A stretch of DNA of 64,000 nucleotides from Pseudomonadota bacterium (GTDB lineage Bacteria > Pseudomonadota > Alphaproteobacteria > Rhodobacterales > Rhodobacteraceae): contig JBCCAU010000008.1 of NCBI GenBank assembly GCA_039814625.1, forward strand, positions 64,935 through 128,934. The letters run 5' to 3'. Numbering within the stretch: position 1 is the first letter of the stretch; every line of letters begins with the position of its first letter. A model generated the notes under the pieces. That model was not told the origin of the DNA. It ran no database searches and was given only the letters and a program-made list of their open reading frames with translations. Made by a program: the position numbers and the translations under genes. This document shows, one piece after another, positions 1-9,340 of the stretch.

Positions 1-252
1 TTGGACTCTTCAGGCGGCAGCGGATGAGGGTCTTCATGAGGGGGGCGAGCCGCAGTCGTTGCATCTGCACCGTGTTTTTCTTGTTGCGTAATACCCGTAG
101 CCATGCCCATATCTCGAAGTTTTGGTAACCAGATCATACTGTATATAGCGGCTTGAAGATGTCTACGAAACTGAAAAACGTCGTGTCGGTGACGTCATTT
201 ATCGCAACAATGGTTGTCGATCTCGATAACCGACGAGTATACTCGCTACGTA

Positions 253-669
253 ATGATCTACAGGAATATCCACCTTGATTTGACCTTCATTGAAGGCAAA
301 GGCCCCGTCTCGAACATGCCGACGCATGGTGGCATTTACGCCGAGATACATTGGCCGACGCGTTCGATCCGTATTGGCGAAACGGGCAATTCGATGCGCG
401 GGCGCAACCGCTCGCACATGAGGTGGGCCGACAAGCACCTTGAGGGAACACACAATGAGAAAGAAGCCGCGCGGAAAGGCCCAATTGTCGACCTTGTGCG
501 CGAATGGGGCTCCGAGGGCCTCGAATACTACGTGATCACGGATGACCCACGGGTCCGCGAGGACCGAGAGTTACGGGTTGAGTGCGAGAAGCGCCTTCAC
601 GAATGGGCGCGAGAGCAGACTGAGTTCACCAACATCAACACGCAGCGCGGATACCGCACCGTGAACTAG
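253..669 (+). CDS. GIY-YIG family endonuclease
   Basis: GGIYAEIHWPTRSIRIGETGNSMRGRNRSH matches the GIY...(Y)IG-x-T...R...H pattern, with a later conserved Glu; ATG at 253 preferred over TTG at 214. Confidence 0.75.
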   Translation: MIYRNIHLDLTFIEGKGPVSNMPTHGGIYAEIHWPTRSIRIGETGNSMRGRNRSHMRWADKHLEGTHNEKEAARKGPIVDLVREWGSEGLEYYVITDDPRVREDRELRVECEKRLHEWAREQTEFTNINTQRGYRTVN

Positions 670-1382
670 TACCAGCCCGCCAGCGAGCCTTGGCCTGACA
701 ACTGCGGTTTGAGGTGTTGTGCCGCGAACGCGCCGACGATTAGCGAAATTCCAAGGTCCCCGTGACCGCCTCGCGACCGCTGCTGTGTGATCACCTGATT
801 GCCGGCGGCGGTCGTTGACGTTGTGAACGTCGCAAGGTCGGCTTCGATCTCGTCGCGCAAAGGCAGGTCCTGCGCGAACTGCAATTCCCCCGACGCAAAC
901 ATGACTGCCGTGTTCTCGATCATGAATGTCTTCCCTGCGTTGATGTACTTCCCATTCCGTCGCCACTCCTGACCGCTTGTCATCTGCACAGCAAAGTGCG
1001 GCACTCCTTGGTCGTCGAACATGTCCGACACAACGCGCCCGATACTCGTCCCATCAATGACAAGCTGCGACTTGCCCCCGAACGGCGGCGCATTCTTCAA
1101 ACGCACGAGGTGGTCGACGACCGCGACATAGGACACGCCTCGAAACCTGTCCGCATAGACGACGTTCAAACGACGCGGGCCAAGCTGCGCACCATCGGGT
1201 GTCATTTCAGGAATTTGCTTGTCTTCGAGAACACAGATGGCCGTGAAGTCGTTCGCCTGACCGAGATCCGCCGACACCCAGTAGCGTCGGTAGCCCGTCA
1301 GGCGCGCGACCGCAGGGTCCGCGTTCGTCTCGTTGACGATTGTTCCGTCTGGGCGTTCGACGAGGTTCAAAGTATCGGACAT
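666..1382 (-). CDS. Terminase large subunit, stand-alone C-terminal RNase H-like nuclease domain
   Basis: SADLGQANDFTAICVL, LVIDGTSIG..V.D and HGDL acidic motifs; own AGGAG RBS upstream of the ATG. Confidence 0.8.
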   Translation of the reverse strand: MSDTLNLVERPDGTIVNETNADPAVARLTGYRRYWVSADLGQANDFTAICVLEDKQIPEMTPDGAQLGPRRLNVVYADRFRGVSYVAVVDHLVRLKNAPPFGGKSQLVIDGTSIGRVVSDMFDDQGVPHFAVQMTSGQEWRRNGKYINAGKTFMIENTAVMFASGELQFAQDLPLRDEIEADLATFTTSTTAAGNQVITQQRSRGGHGDLGISLIVGAFAAQHLKPQLSGQGSLAGWY

Positions 1383-2146
1383 ATGGCCTTCTCCTGTGAC
1401 GTTGCCTGCTCGATCACGGACAGGTCAAAATATGAAACGCCATCCGCGAGAAATTCACACATCACCTCGGCACGGAATCGTGTCGCGGACAGTGTGCGGC
1501 GCAGACGGTCGACCTTCGCCTTGAGGCGTGGGATCGACGTGCCGGGCACCTTGATGCGATGCACGGCCTCCTGAGGCTCGAGGAACATTTGCGCGAACAG
1601 GTTACCCTTTCCTGCGGGCGTTGACGCGTAGAACGCCTGCCCGTTGTCTTTCAGCATGGGCAGGATCGACGAGATCACAGCGTCGTCATTCGGTAAGAAC
1701 GCGCACTCGTCCACGAGAAGCAGGTCTGCTGTGTAGCCACGGATCGTCGCGCCCGACGCCGGAACTGCGATGAACCTCGAGCCGTTATTTGCCTCGATCT
1801 CGGTCAGCGTGGACCGTTCAATAACTAAGTTGGTCGTTTTCAGGTAGCGTGCGACCTTCCGTGTGATCTCTCGCGTCTGGCGTTCGGCGGGTGCAAGGCA
1901 GATCGTTGTGCCCCCGCGCTCCATTTCGCGCACGCCTCGAGCCGCAAGGACACACGACTTGCCCGCCTGACGACACACGAGTAACGCGACGGTCTCGGCG
2001 TCCGACGAGAACGCCTCGGTCTGCCATGGGTCCGCAATTGCACCCGGGATTTCCGTTTGCAGGAAGCGGCCCATCTTCAAACCAAGGTCGTTGTCGCCTT
2101 CGATTAGGTCGAGGAAGTCGATAAATGCGGAGGCATCAAGCGGCAT
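1367..2146 (-). CDS. Terminase large subunit, stand-alone N-terminal ATPase domain
   Basis: Walker A CRQAGKS, Walker B LLLVDE, motif III ASTP, and C-terminal F.AE.MCEF linker. Confidence 0.88.
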   Translation of the reverse strand: MPLDASAFIDFLDLIEGDNDLGLKMGRFLQTEIPGAIADPWQTEAFSSDAETVALLVCRQAGKSCVLAARGVREMERGGTTICLAPAERQTREITRKVARYLKTTNLVIERSTLTEIEANNGSRFIAVPASGATIRGYTADLLLVDECAFLPNDDAVISSILPMLKDNGQAFYASTPAGKGNLFAQMFLEPQEAVHRIKVPGTSIPRLKAKVDRLRRTLSATRFRAEVMCEFLADGVSYFDLSVIEQATSQEKAICPIL

Positions 2147-2435
2147 CTTGGCTCGGGTCTATTAGGACCATGATCAGGCCGCGGTCGAAGTCATCTTCCA
2201 TGCGCACACCGTAACCTTTGTTGCGCAAGTCCCAGTACATGGTCGAGCGGATCGCGTCGTCTGACCAAGGCGTGCCTTTCTTGCTGACGCAAATGCGGCG
2301 CAGTTGTGCCATCGTCGCGCCTGTGCGCAACGCCTCGACGATCTTCTCCTGCATCGTGCCCGCTTTCGGCGGATACACTTTGAGGCCTGTCGGGTGGATG
2401 TGGATGCGTCCATGACGTGATTTAAATCCCGGCAC
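2136..2435 (-). CDS. Small winged-helix DNA-binding protein (DUF3489-like)
   Basis: GTMQEKIVEAL..GATMAQL....W....IRS pattern; overlaps both neighbours. Confidence 0.55.
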   Translation of the reverse strand: MPGFKSRHGRIHIHPTGLKVYPPKAGTMQEKIVEALRTGATMAQLRRICVSKKGTPWSDDAIRSTMYWDLRNKGYGVRMEDDFDRGLIMVLIDPSQDAA

Positions 2436-2994
2436 TGCTGTCTCCTTTCGTGACGGACAGCTTCTCCTCGTTCAGCAGGCGAAGCAGTGTTGGGCGAATT
2501 TCGGGATGGGCGTCCACGAGTTCGCGGAATATCTGTCGCACGCGCAGCCATTCGGGGGCCTCGGACAGTGCGACCGTGACTGTCAGATTCTGGGCCAATT
2601 TTCCCTGTAAGGAGGCGATATCCCTGAGGACCTTGCGCAGGCTCTCGAGGCCCGCCAATGCGAACGCGTCGTCTTCCGTCGACTCCGCCCGCGACACAAT
2701 CGCGTCCACGCGTTTCGCCAAGCTCTCGTAGGTGCGCGACACGTCCAGCCGCTCGTCGTTGAGCATCGACGTGATCTCGTTCGCACGCCGCACACGATCC
2801 TCGGCCAGAATTTCGTGCCGCCGCATGTCGTCGATCCGCAATTGGATGTGACGGTTCACGGACGACGGATGGCACCCGATGATTGCGGCAACCTCGGCTG
2901 TCGACTTGCGCTTCAGAACAAGGTCGGCTTCGAGTTCGGCTTTCTGTGGGTGTAGGTCGAATTTCGACTTCCCGCCTGAATGCTTGTTGCCCAT
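2422..2994 (-). CDS. Terminase small subunit-like protein
   Basis: N-terminal HTH (STAEVAAIIGCHPSSVNRHI), coiled-coil middle, C-terminal APEW...HPE; lies upstream of TerL. Confidence 0.65.
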   Translation of the reverse strand: MGNKHSGGKSKFDLHPQKAELEADLVLKRKSTAEVAAIIGCHPSSVNRHIQLRIDDMRRHEILAEDRVRRANEITSMLNDERLDVSRTYESLAKRVDAIVSRAESTEDDAFALAGLESLRKVLRDIASLQGKLAQNLTVTVALSEAPEWLRVRQIFRELVDAHPEIRPTLLRLLNEEKLSVTKGDSSAGI

Positions 2995-2995
2995 G

Positions 2996-3403
2996 TCACG
3001 CGACTCCCGCGAATTTCATGGGCAACGCGCATTCGTGGATGTCATACATCGGCAGCACGAAAGCCAGAGCATGAGAGAGGACCGTCCGTTGATACGAACC
3101 CGCACAGCAGACCCGATAGGCATCATTCGCAAGATGGCCCCGAACACCCGCAGCTACCAAATCCTCGCGAGCATCAATCGGCTCGCTACCCTTGAAAACG
3201 ATCAGGTCCAGAAAGGCCACATATGCCGCGATCCTCGCAACGCGCGGGACGTGGCTCAGCGCGTCCAAATTGAACGCCGTGAACGAGCCGCTGCCTGACG
3301 ACACCTCGCCGTGATCCGAGACGACGGGATCGCTCAGGTCGCCATAGTCGAGACCCGTTGCAAGATGCAGGACGGCTTTTTCTTCATTTGTCAGCTTGGG
3401 CAT
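2996..3403 (-). CDS. Hypothetical protein
   Basis: 135-aa ORF tightly packed between operon neighbours. Confidence 0.6.
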   Translation of the reverse strand: MPKLTNEEKAVLHLATGLDYGDLSDPVVSDHGEVSSGSGSFTAFNLDALSHVPRVARIAAYVAFLDLIVFKGSEPIDAREDLVAAGVRGHLANDAYRVCCAGSYQRTVLSHALAFVLPMYDIHECALPMKFAGVA

Positions 3404-4010
3404 TTTGAGCCTCCGCCGCGCGAGCCATCAGGTCCAATTTCTGGGCCATGTGCTGAGGCAGGTCTGTGGCGTCTTTGAACGTGCGCAACGTGTAGCCGTC
3501 GCGCTCCGCCGCCATTGAATTCTGAACGAACCCCTGACCACCCATCGCAATGTCGTGGCGCACGTAACGCACTTTCTGCGCCGTGTCCTCGAGCATGTCG
3601 ATTGCCGACGTGTCCACGTCCTTCTTCGCGTGCTGCGGGATCGGCTCGCCTGCACCTTCGCGGTCGTCGACGATCTCGAGTTGCACGTTCTGCTCTTTCG
3701 CAAGGTTTTGCGCCTGCGTGTATTTGAAAGGATCAAGGGCTTCCGTGCGCGTGATCTGCACAGGGTCGCCTTCCTTGCGGTACGGGGCTTCGATCTTCGG
3801 CGTCTCAAGCTTTTTGAGCAAGGCGGCGTAGTCGGCGGCTGTTGGGGTTTTGGGTGCGTCGGGGTCCTTGGGACCCTTGAGTTTCGTCAGCAGGTCGGCG
3901 TTCATCTCGTAAACGTCGTCATACTTCTTGTCTTGCGCGTCGACCTTCTCGGTCAGCGCCGTGACCTGCTGAATGAGCACCTGCAAAGCGGCTGCGGTCT
4001 GATCGGTCAT
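3384..4010 (-). CDS. Hypothetical protein, possible capsid scaffold-like protein
   Basis: AGGAGG RBS; N-terminal coiled coil and Pro/Lys-rich linker; first gene of the packaging block. Confidence 0.65.
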   Translation of the reverse strand: MTDQTAAALQVLIQQVTALTEKVDAQDKKYDDVYEMNADLLTKLKGPKDPDAPKTPTAADYAALLKKLETPKIEAPYRKEGDPVQITRTEALDPFKYTQAQNLAKEQNVQLEIVDDREGAGEPIPQHAKKDVDTSAIDMLEDTAQKVRYVRHDIAMGGQGFVQNSMAAERDGYTLRTFKDATDLPQHMAQKLDLMARAAEAQNAQADK

Positions 4011-4026
4011 GCGATCCTCCTATCCA

Positions 4027-4075
4027 AAAGCAAAATGAGGGGCCTCGATGTCCGACCCCTCATTCAGTTTGCTTT
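4027..4075 (-). terminator. Putative intrinsic terminator upstream of the packaging block
   Basis: Minus strand AATGAGGGG-loop-CCCCTCATT followed by TTGCTTTT. Confidence 0.5.
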
Positions 4076-4154
4076 GAACAGGTATGGGACACGGTCATCG
4101 CTAATGTTTTGGACAGCGAGAAAGGAGCGCTCAACCATTGAATAAGGTGGATCG

Positions 4155-4676
4155 TCAGGCAGTAATGTTCGTTTCCCATTCGTCGAGCAAGGACGCGTTC
4201 GCGGGAATGAATGGTGAGCCATTTCGACCGGGTGGCGGGTCTTTTGGCTTAGTCGGGACGGGTTTCGGACGTGCGCGTTTCGGCTTCGGGAGTGGTGGGG
4301 GTTCCATCATCTCGCGATACAACGCGCGCGCCTCGTCGATCCTCTCTTGCTTGAACCTCGCGACACCGGGCGTGTTCTCGCCCGCCTTCACAAATACCGG
4401 TATGTCTGTGACGCCAAGGAGCAAGTCGCGCATGTGGTCAGTAAGGCTGTCGCCATCAACGCCGATCTGCGAGCAAATCCAATTTCGATGCGCCCGCCAT
4501 TCGCCACGCGAGGCCGTCAAGAATTTGATGGCTTCCGTTTGTGCGATCAATCGCGCGTCACCTCCTTGGAACGCCTGCGGCGAGATTGCGTCGTTGAACG
4601 CCTGAAGGATGATGTGGGCAAACAGGTTGCCGCACTTCATCCCCTCTTCGATGTTATAGGAAGGGTCGTTGTTCAT
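4155..4676 (-). CDS. Phage-type hypothetical protein
   Basis: LF..II.QA..DA......A..FL.....W....C..IG.D pattern recalled from phage hypothetical proteins; Pro/Lys-rich tail. Confidence 0.6.
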   Translation of the reverse strand: MNNDPSYNIEEGMKCGNLFAHIILQAFNDAISPQAFQGGDARLIAQTEAIKFLTASRGEWRAHRNWICSQIGVDGDSLTDHMRDLLLGVTDIPVFVKAGENTPGVARFKQERIDEARALYREMMEPPPLPKPKRARPKPVPTKPKDPPPGRNGSPFIPANASLLDEWETNITA

Positions 4677-4978
4677 TCCGCGAACGGATCGCCGTCGTTG
4701 CCGCGTGCCTGCGCTATGATCGACGGGACGTAGGCCAGGGGGATGGCTGTCGTCGGGACAGAATTCTTCGCGATGTGCAGGTGGGTCGGTGACAGCGTAA
4801 CGCTGTAGGTATCGTTTTCGTTTTTTACGTCGACAGGGATCGCGTGGAGCGAGGGGATCAAGGCGCGTGGGACGACTTTGGTGAGTAGTTCCCGTGGAAA
4901 TTCAATTGATGCGCGTTGCGTGAAGATGTGGCACTCGAACGTTGTTGGGTCCGTCGGTGTTGCGGTGTAGTCGGTCAA
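4673..4978 (-). CDS. Hypothetical protein
   Basis: TTG start with AGGAGG RBS; 4-nt overlap with the next gene. Confidence 0.6.
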   Translation of the reverse strand: MTDYTATPTDPTTFECHIFTQRASIEFPRELLTKVVPRALIPSLHAIPVDVKNENDTYSVTLSPTHLHIAKNSVPTTAIPLAYVPSIIAQARGNDGDPFAE

Positions 4979-5205
4979 TTGGGCCTCCTGGTTGTCGGTG
5001 AATTGCGCGTCCGATAGCGCAACCTAGAAATGACCATCGAACGCGCGAGACCGCCCACCCATCCGTTGAGGCGGTCGCCAATGAATATCAACCGCCCAGG
5101 GGAAGGTGTTCCGGGGATTGAGGTGGATTCGGAGAAGTTTGAGGTGGAATTTGTAAGTCGACCAAACTACTTGAATTCGGCCACGCGCTGGAAAAGACTA
5201 AAGCA

Positions 5206-5589
5206 ATGAGGCTACTAGTCGTTGATGATGAAATTCGCACATTGGGCGCGTTTACCTATAGGCTTGAAGAGATGGCCGAGGTAGTAGATTTGGTGGAATC
5301 CGCAGCCGACGCATTTGCAAAAATTGAACTGGTTGGGCGTTACGGCTACGTCATCTCGGACCATAGACTTGGACCAGACTCATTCTCTGATGAGCAGCAC
5401 AACGGCATTTTTGTACTATCCGCAATCTCCGAAAAAGCGCCTGGGACCAAGACTATCCTTTTTACACTGAGTCCAGACATTGAACGCCATGCACTCCAGG
5501 GTGGTATCGACGCCTGTTTCAACAAAATGCAACATCGAGAGTTGGTGGATTGGATAAAATCGGATTGGGAACTTAGACGGGGAGCATGA
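5206..5589 (+). CDS. Single-domain response regulator (REC)
   Basis: LLVVDDE, ISD phospho-acceptor, LFT and FNK; all receiver catalytic residues present. Confidence 0.85.
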   Translation: MRLLVVDDEIRTLGAFTYRLEEMAEVVDLVESAADAFAKIELVGRYGYVISDHRLGPDSFSDEQHNGIFVLSAISEKAPGTKTILFTLSPDIERHALQGGIDACFNKMQHRELVDWIKSDWELRRGA

Positions 5590-5590
5590 T

Positions 5591-6262
5591 ATGTCGGATG
5601 AAAATGAAACTGGCGGATTTCAAGCAAGGGCCTTTGACGAGCTTGTTAGGCTGGGAAAATGGATCGTAGATCGTCGAAAGCTGACACGCTCTGACATTTT
5701 TTCGAAAGACATTGAGCCGTTAATCGACGAATTGGATAGGACCCATGAAGACTTTCTGGTGGCCCTCCGAAAAATGGAGGTGGGTATCAGCAGCACGCTT
5801 GCTGCTGAATCAAGGAAGCAAAACTCAATAAATGAAGAACTGGAGCGACAAATCTCAATTTGCCACGACGTATCAGAGTTAATTGAAAAAGGAAGGCTTC
5901 AACGTCGAAAGTTGTTTGAGAAATGCTTGGCTCGGTATGTTGATCTTCGTCAGAATGGCGCTCACCAAATTGGTAAAAGGGCCTTTCTTATGCCGAGCGA
6001 TTTGGAGCTCATAACAAAGTTTTACGATGCCTTGATGGCGTATTTCACCAATGATGCCTCAGAATACGACCACAATGTGCGAACCATGATTGGGCGGGTT
6101 GAAAGTTCGCTTGAAGCGGCCAAGTTCAATGGTGTGACTGAAATGGTAGTGAACGATCTTCGCCAGCATTTGAGCGATCTGACAGCCATGGAAGATGCGT
6201 TTTCCAACAATTGGTCCAACGCTGTTCAGTTTAGGTTCCAGCTTGAGGCAAGGCTGACCTAG
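5591..6262 (+). CDS. Hypothetical all-alpha-helical protein coupled to the receiver gene
   Basis: 223-aa ORF starting 1 nt after the REC stop, GGAG RBS. Confidence 0.75.
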   Translation: MSDENETGGFQARAFDELVRLGKWIVDRRKLTRSDIFSKDIEPLIDELDRTHEDFLVALRKMEVGISSTLAAESRKQNSINEELERQISICHDVSELIEKGRLQRRKLFEKCLARYVDLRQNGAHQIGKRAFLMPSDLELITKFYDALMAYFTNDASEYDHNVRTMIGRVESSLEAAKFNGVTEMVVNDLRQHLSDLTAMEDAFSNNWSNAVQFRFQLEARLT

Positions 6263-6617
6263 ACAATTGGTCGCAAATTTCGACGGCGCTGTTGATTTGC
6301 TGTTCGTCGGGTATGGTTGCACAGATTATTAACGAACACCCCATTGCTGACGCAGAGGCTGCGTCTCTGATGCAATTTCACCGAACGTTGTCTACATATG
6401 TTGCGGTGGTATCGCCATCTGAAGGTTGCACTTCGCACTCTCCGACCCAGCTGCATCTGATTGATGATCAGCTGTTTTCTGTTCCAACTGATTGATAAGC
6501 AAGTGAATTGGACGGCTTTGCAATTGAAACGTTGCAATTTGCCCGTGTCTCTGACGGCAGCAAGGAGAGAAGTCTGGGGGAGATCACCAAGAGTGTGCGC
6601 GAATATACACATCCGTC

Positions 6618-6883
6618 TCAGACCTGACCAAGCCTTACCAAGGGGCTAACTCGCTAACCCGTTGTTCTTAAAATCGCTCTCAGGCTTCTCAGACTTCACA
6701 GACCTTAAATGTGATTTGTGTATATACCAGCCAGCGCACACGATCCACGACGCACGCAACCGCTCACGGATAAAACTGAACTCACCCCCACAAAGCCTGG
6801 TAGTCTGACCAAAATGAAAATCCCGCAACGCTTTCAAAACGTTACGGGATTCAGACTTCATGACGAAGCCTGAGTAAGCCTGA
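6618..6883. repeat. Iteron-like repeats (TCAGRCYT), putative replication origin
   Basis: Nine direct or inverted 8-mer copies immediately downstream of the primase-helicase gene. Confidence 0.65.
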
Positions 6884-6900
6884 GAGATTTGACCAAAGCC

Positions 6901-9209
6901 TTAGAACGCGTCCTCACGCGCCTTGTGTTCAAGAAACGCCTCCGCCGATCCCTCGCCCGTCTGTGAATATGAGAACGAACGCCACGCTTCCATCTCGGGA
7001 TACGTTTCGCCCGTCACTTTCGACACGATGCGCTGGAACGTCGGAAGGTCAGGCAGGCGCAAGCCGCCACGAAAGTCGTTTTTGACAGGCTGCATCACCA
7101 TCACGCCCTCTTGGCTCGCATAAGAATGCCAGCGATCAATAACGGTGCAGTATGTTTCTTTGACGCAGCCAAACTTGCGCACCATCTCGTTGCGCACGGT
7201 CTGGGAACTCTCGCGCCCGCCATGTTTGACATACTCGCGATGCAGCGACGCCGACGACACAGTACCGCGCCCGCGCAAGTCATCCGGCATACGCCTGTTT
7301 CTGCGATCTCGTTCATGAGTGCGAGTAAAGGGTCTGACGCGATCTTGTCTGACTTCTTCGCCTCTGTGACATAACCATAGCCGATCAAGCCACGGTCAAC
7401 CTCGTAGTCGAGCAGGTATTGCAAAACCAAGCCCGCGTTGTCGTCAACGAGGTCATAGTATGGCTGCCAAAACGCACGCGCCTCGCGACTGTTTGGATCG
7501 TGTTCGAACTTCGAGTTCATTTCGATCACCGTCCACCTTCGGTCGTCGTTGTCGATATGCACGGCTTGCGTTGCGTTGGTCGTCGCAATGACGCGATGCA
7601 CATTCTTGCCTGTGAATGATGCGAGATACTTCTGCTCATACGTCCAGACGTCCGACGTGACGAATGACTTCATAGTTGCCGCTTGTTGGCGTGATCCCGC
7701 AAACAGCGCCTCCTCGCACAGCACGAACGTTGAGCCGAACAGGTCACGATTGAAGCGGTCAAACATGCGAGTAGAACCGTGGATGGTCCGCGCGTGACGT
7801 TCACCGAGTAATTTGCGCATTGCACGTCCAAGGAACGTCTTGCCTCCGCCTTGTCCGCCACGCAGCGCGAGTGCTGATCCTGGATGTATCGACCACGGTC
7901 GTTGAATCGCGTCCGCGAGATACGTCATGACCCAGTGCGCAAGATCTTTGTCGCCACCACAGACAATGTTCTCGATATAGTCGATCCACAGTGACGGGTC
8001 GCCGCGCTTTGGCGTAACGGCCCATTCTTCGAACACATTGAACCCTGCACCTTCATAATCCGGCGACTCGATCACGATGCCTCGGTATTCGTTGCGGTCA
8101 ACGTCCATCATCCACAGCTTCGCCATAGGCACAGGGCCGTTCTTCGTCGGTACTGTGTGAGGTGCTGTCATGTCGAAGAACGAATTCTTGGGATAGCAGT
8201 CGCCATCCTCCTTGTTCAGAAACTCGACTTTTCCCTCGACAATCATCATAGCCCATTCGCGATTGAACTTCTCGACAATGCGATAGTGCAGCGGTGCGCG
8301 TGAGCCTTTTTCGAGACGGATCGTCGTCTTCCACATGGCTTCGATTTCTTGAAATGCCAGCGGGCCGTCAGCGAACGCCTCGTGAAACTTCACGCCCTCT
8401 TGGTTCAGTCGAAACAACTCGGCTTTGATGTCGCTATCTGTCCAGCCACGTGACTGCATTGACCGCGCAATGCGCATCAGCAAGTCGTTGCGTCCTGCGG
8501 GATCAACAGGCACCTTATAGCCTAGGTCAGAGTCGTCCATGACAGGATCGGCTTTCGCCATATCAGCGAGAAGCGTCGCGTCGATACGACACTTCTCGTC
8601 GATGAATCTCAGTACACCAAGCAAGTCAGCGTCGTCCGCATATGAGCCGCTGTTACTTTCGGAAATCACCCACGCAATCTGACACTGTTGGCCTCGCAGC
8701 GGCAGATTGACAGACGTTGGTTTGTCGTCAGGGCCTACAAGCACCTGCGACGCTTTTGGGAAAATCTCGATATGCTGCTGCCAATCCTTCGGCATGTTTC
8801 GGCGTTTCGATGCCAAGAAGTCGTGCATCAATTTTGCAGACACAGGCTCATCTGGAAAGACGACGACGTGTAGGCCGCGCGACTTCGTGCGAAATGCAGC
8901 AGATGGGCAGCGCATCCGCTGTTGTACCTGCAACACGTCATCCTCCAGCATGTCGTAGATGTCGAAGTCGAGAACGCCATAGGCGCACGTGCTGTCTGAC
9001 TTCACAGGTGCGATGCCGTAAGACGCCTGCCCAAGCAAATGCGCGTTCGCCATTTCGAGGGTCACAGGTGCGTCAATCAGCGTGACTTCAACTTCTGCCT
9101 TGCCTTTTTTGTCTCGACTACCTTTCGGCGTTAGCGAGATGTGTCGGTCCTGATTGCCGTCGAATAGTCGCAGGAATGTCTCTGCGGCTTGGATGTCATA
9201 ATCGTCCAT
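6901..9209 (-). CDS. Primase-polymerase / SF3-type helicase (AEP + PriCT + DUF5906-like), frameshifted near 7291
   Basis: VLDFD and S.GLH AEP motifs, GRND PriCT motif, Walker A GGQGGGKT, Walker B LCEE; natural C-terminus continues in the 6901-7290 frame. Confidence 0.82.
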
Positions 9210-9340
9210 TTCGTTTCCTTCTTCTTAGAAAACGCAGGAGTCACCTAATTTTGGCGGTCGTCGTTCGACTATCAATCGCTTATATGTATTTGCGACCGAC
9301 GTGTTGGTCAGTTGATGAAGTGATAGCCATGCGAACGACG

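Noticed and set aside
1-110. Possible minus-strand ORF start running off the window (MGMATGITQQ...)
   Set aside because: Too short a fragment to support
6259-6612. ORFs in the gap between cargo and origin (6292-6495, 6259-6612)
   Set aside because: No RBS or recognisable motif, and atypical composition
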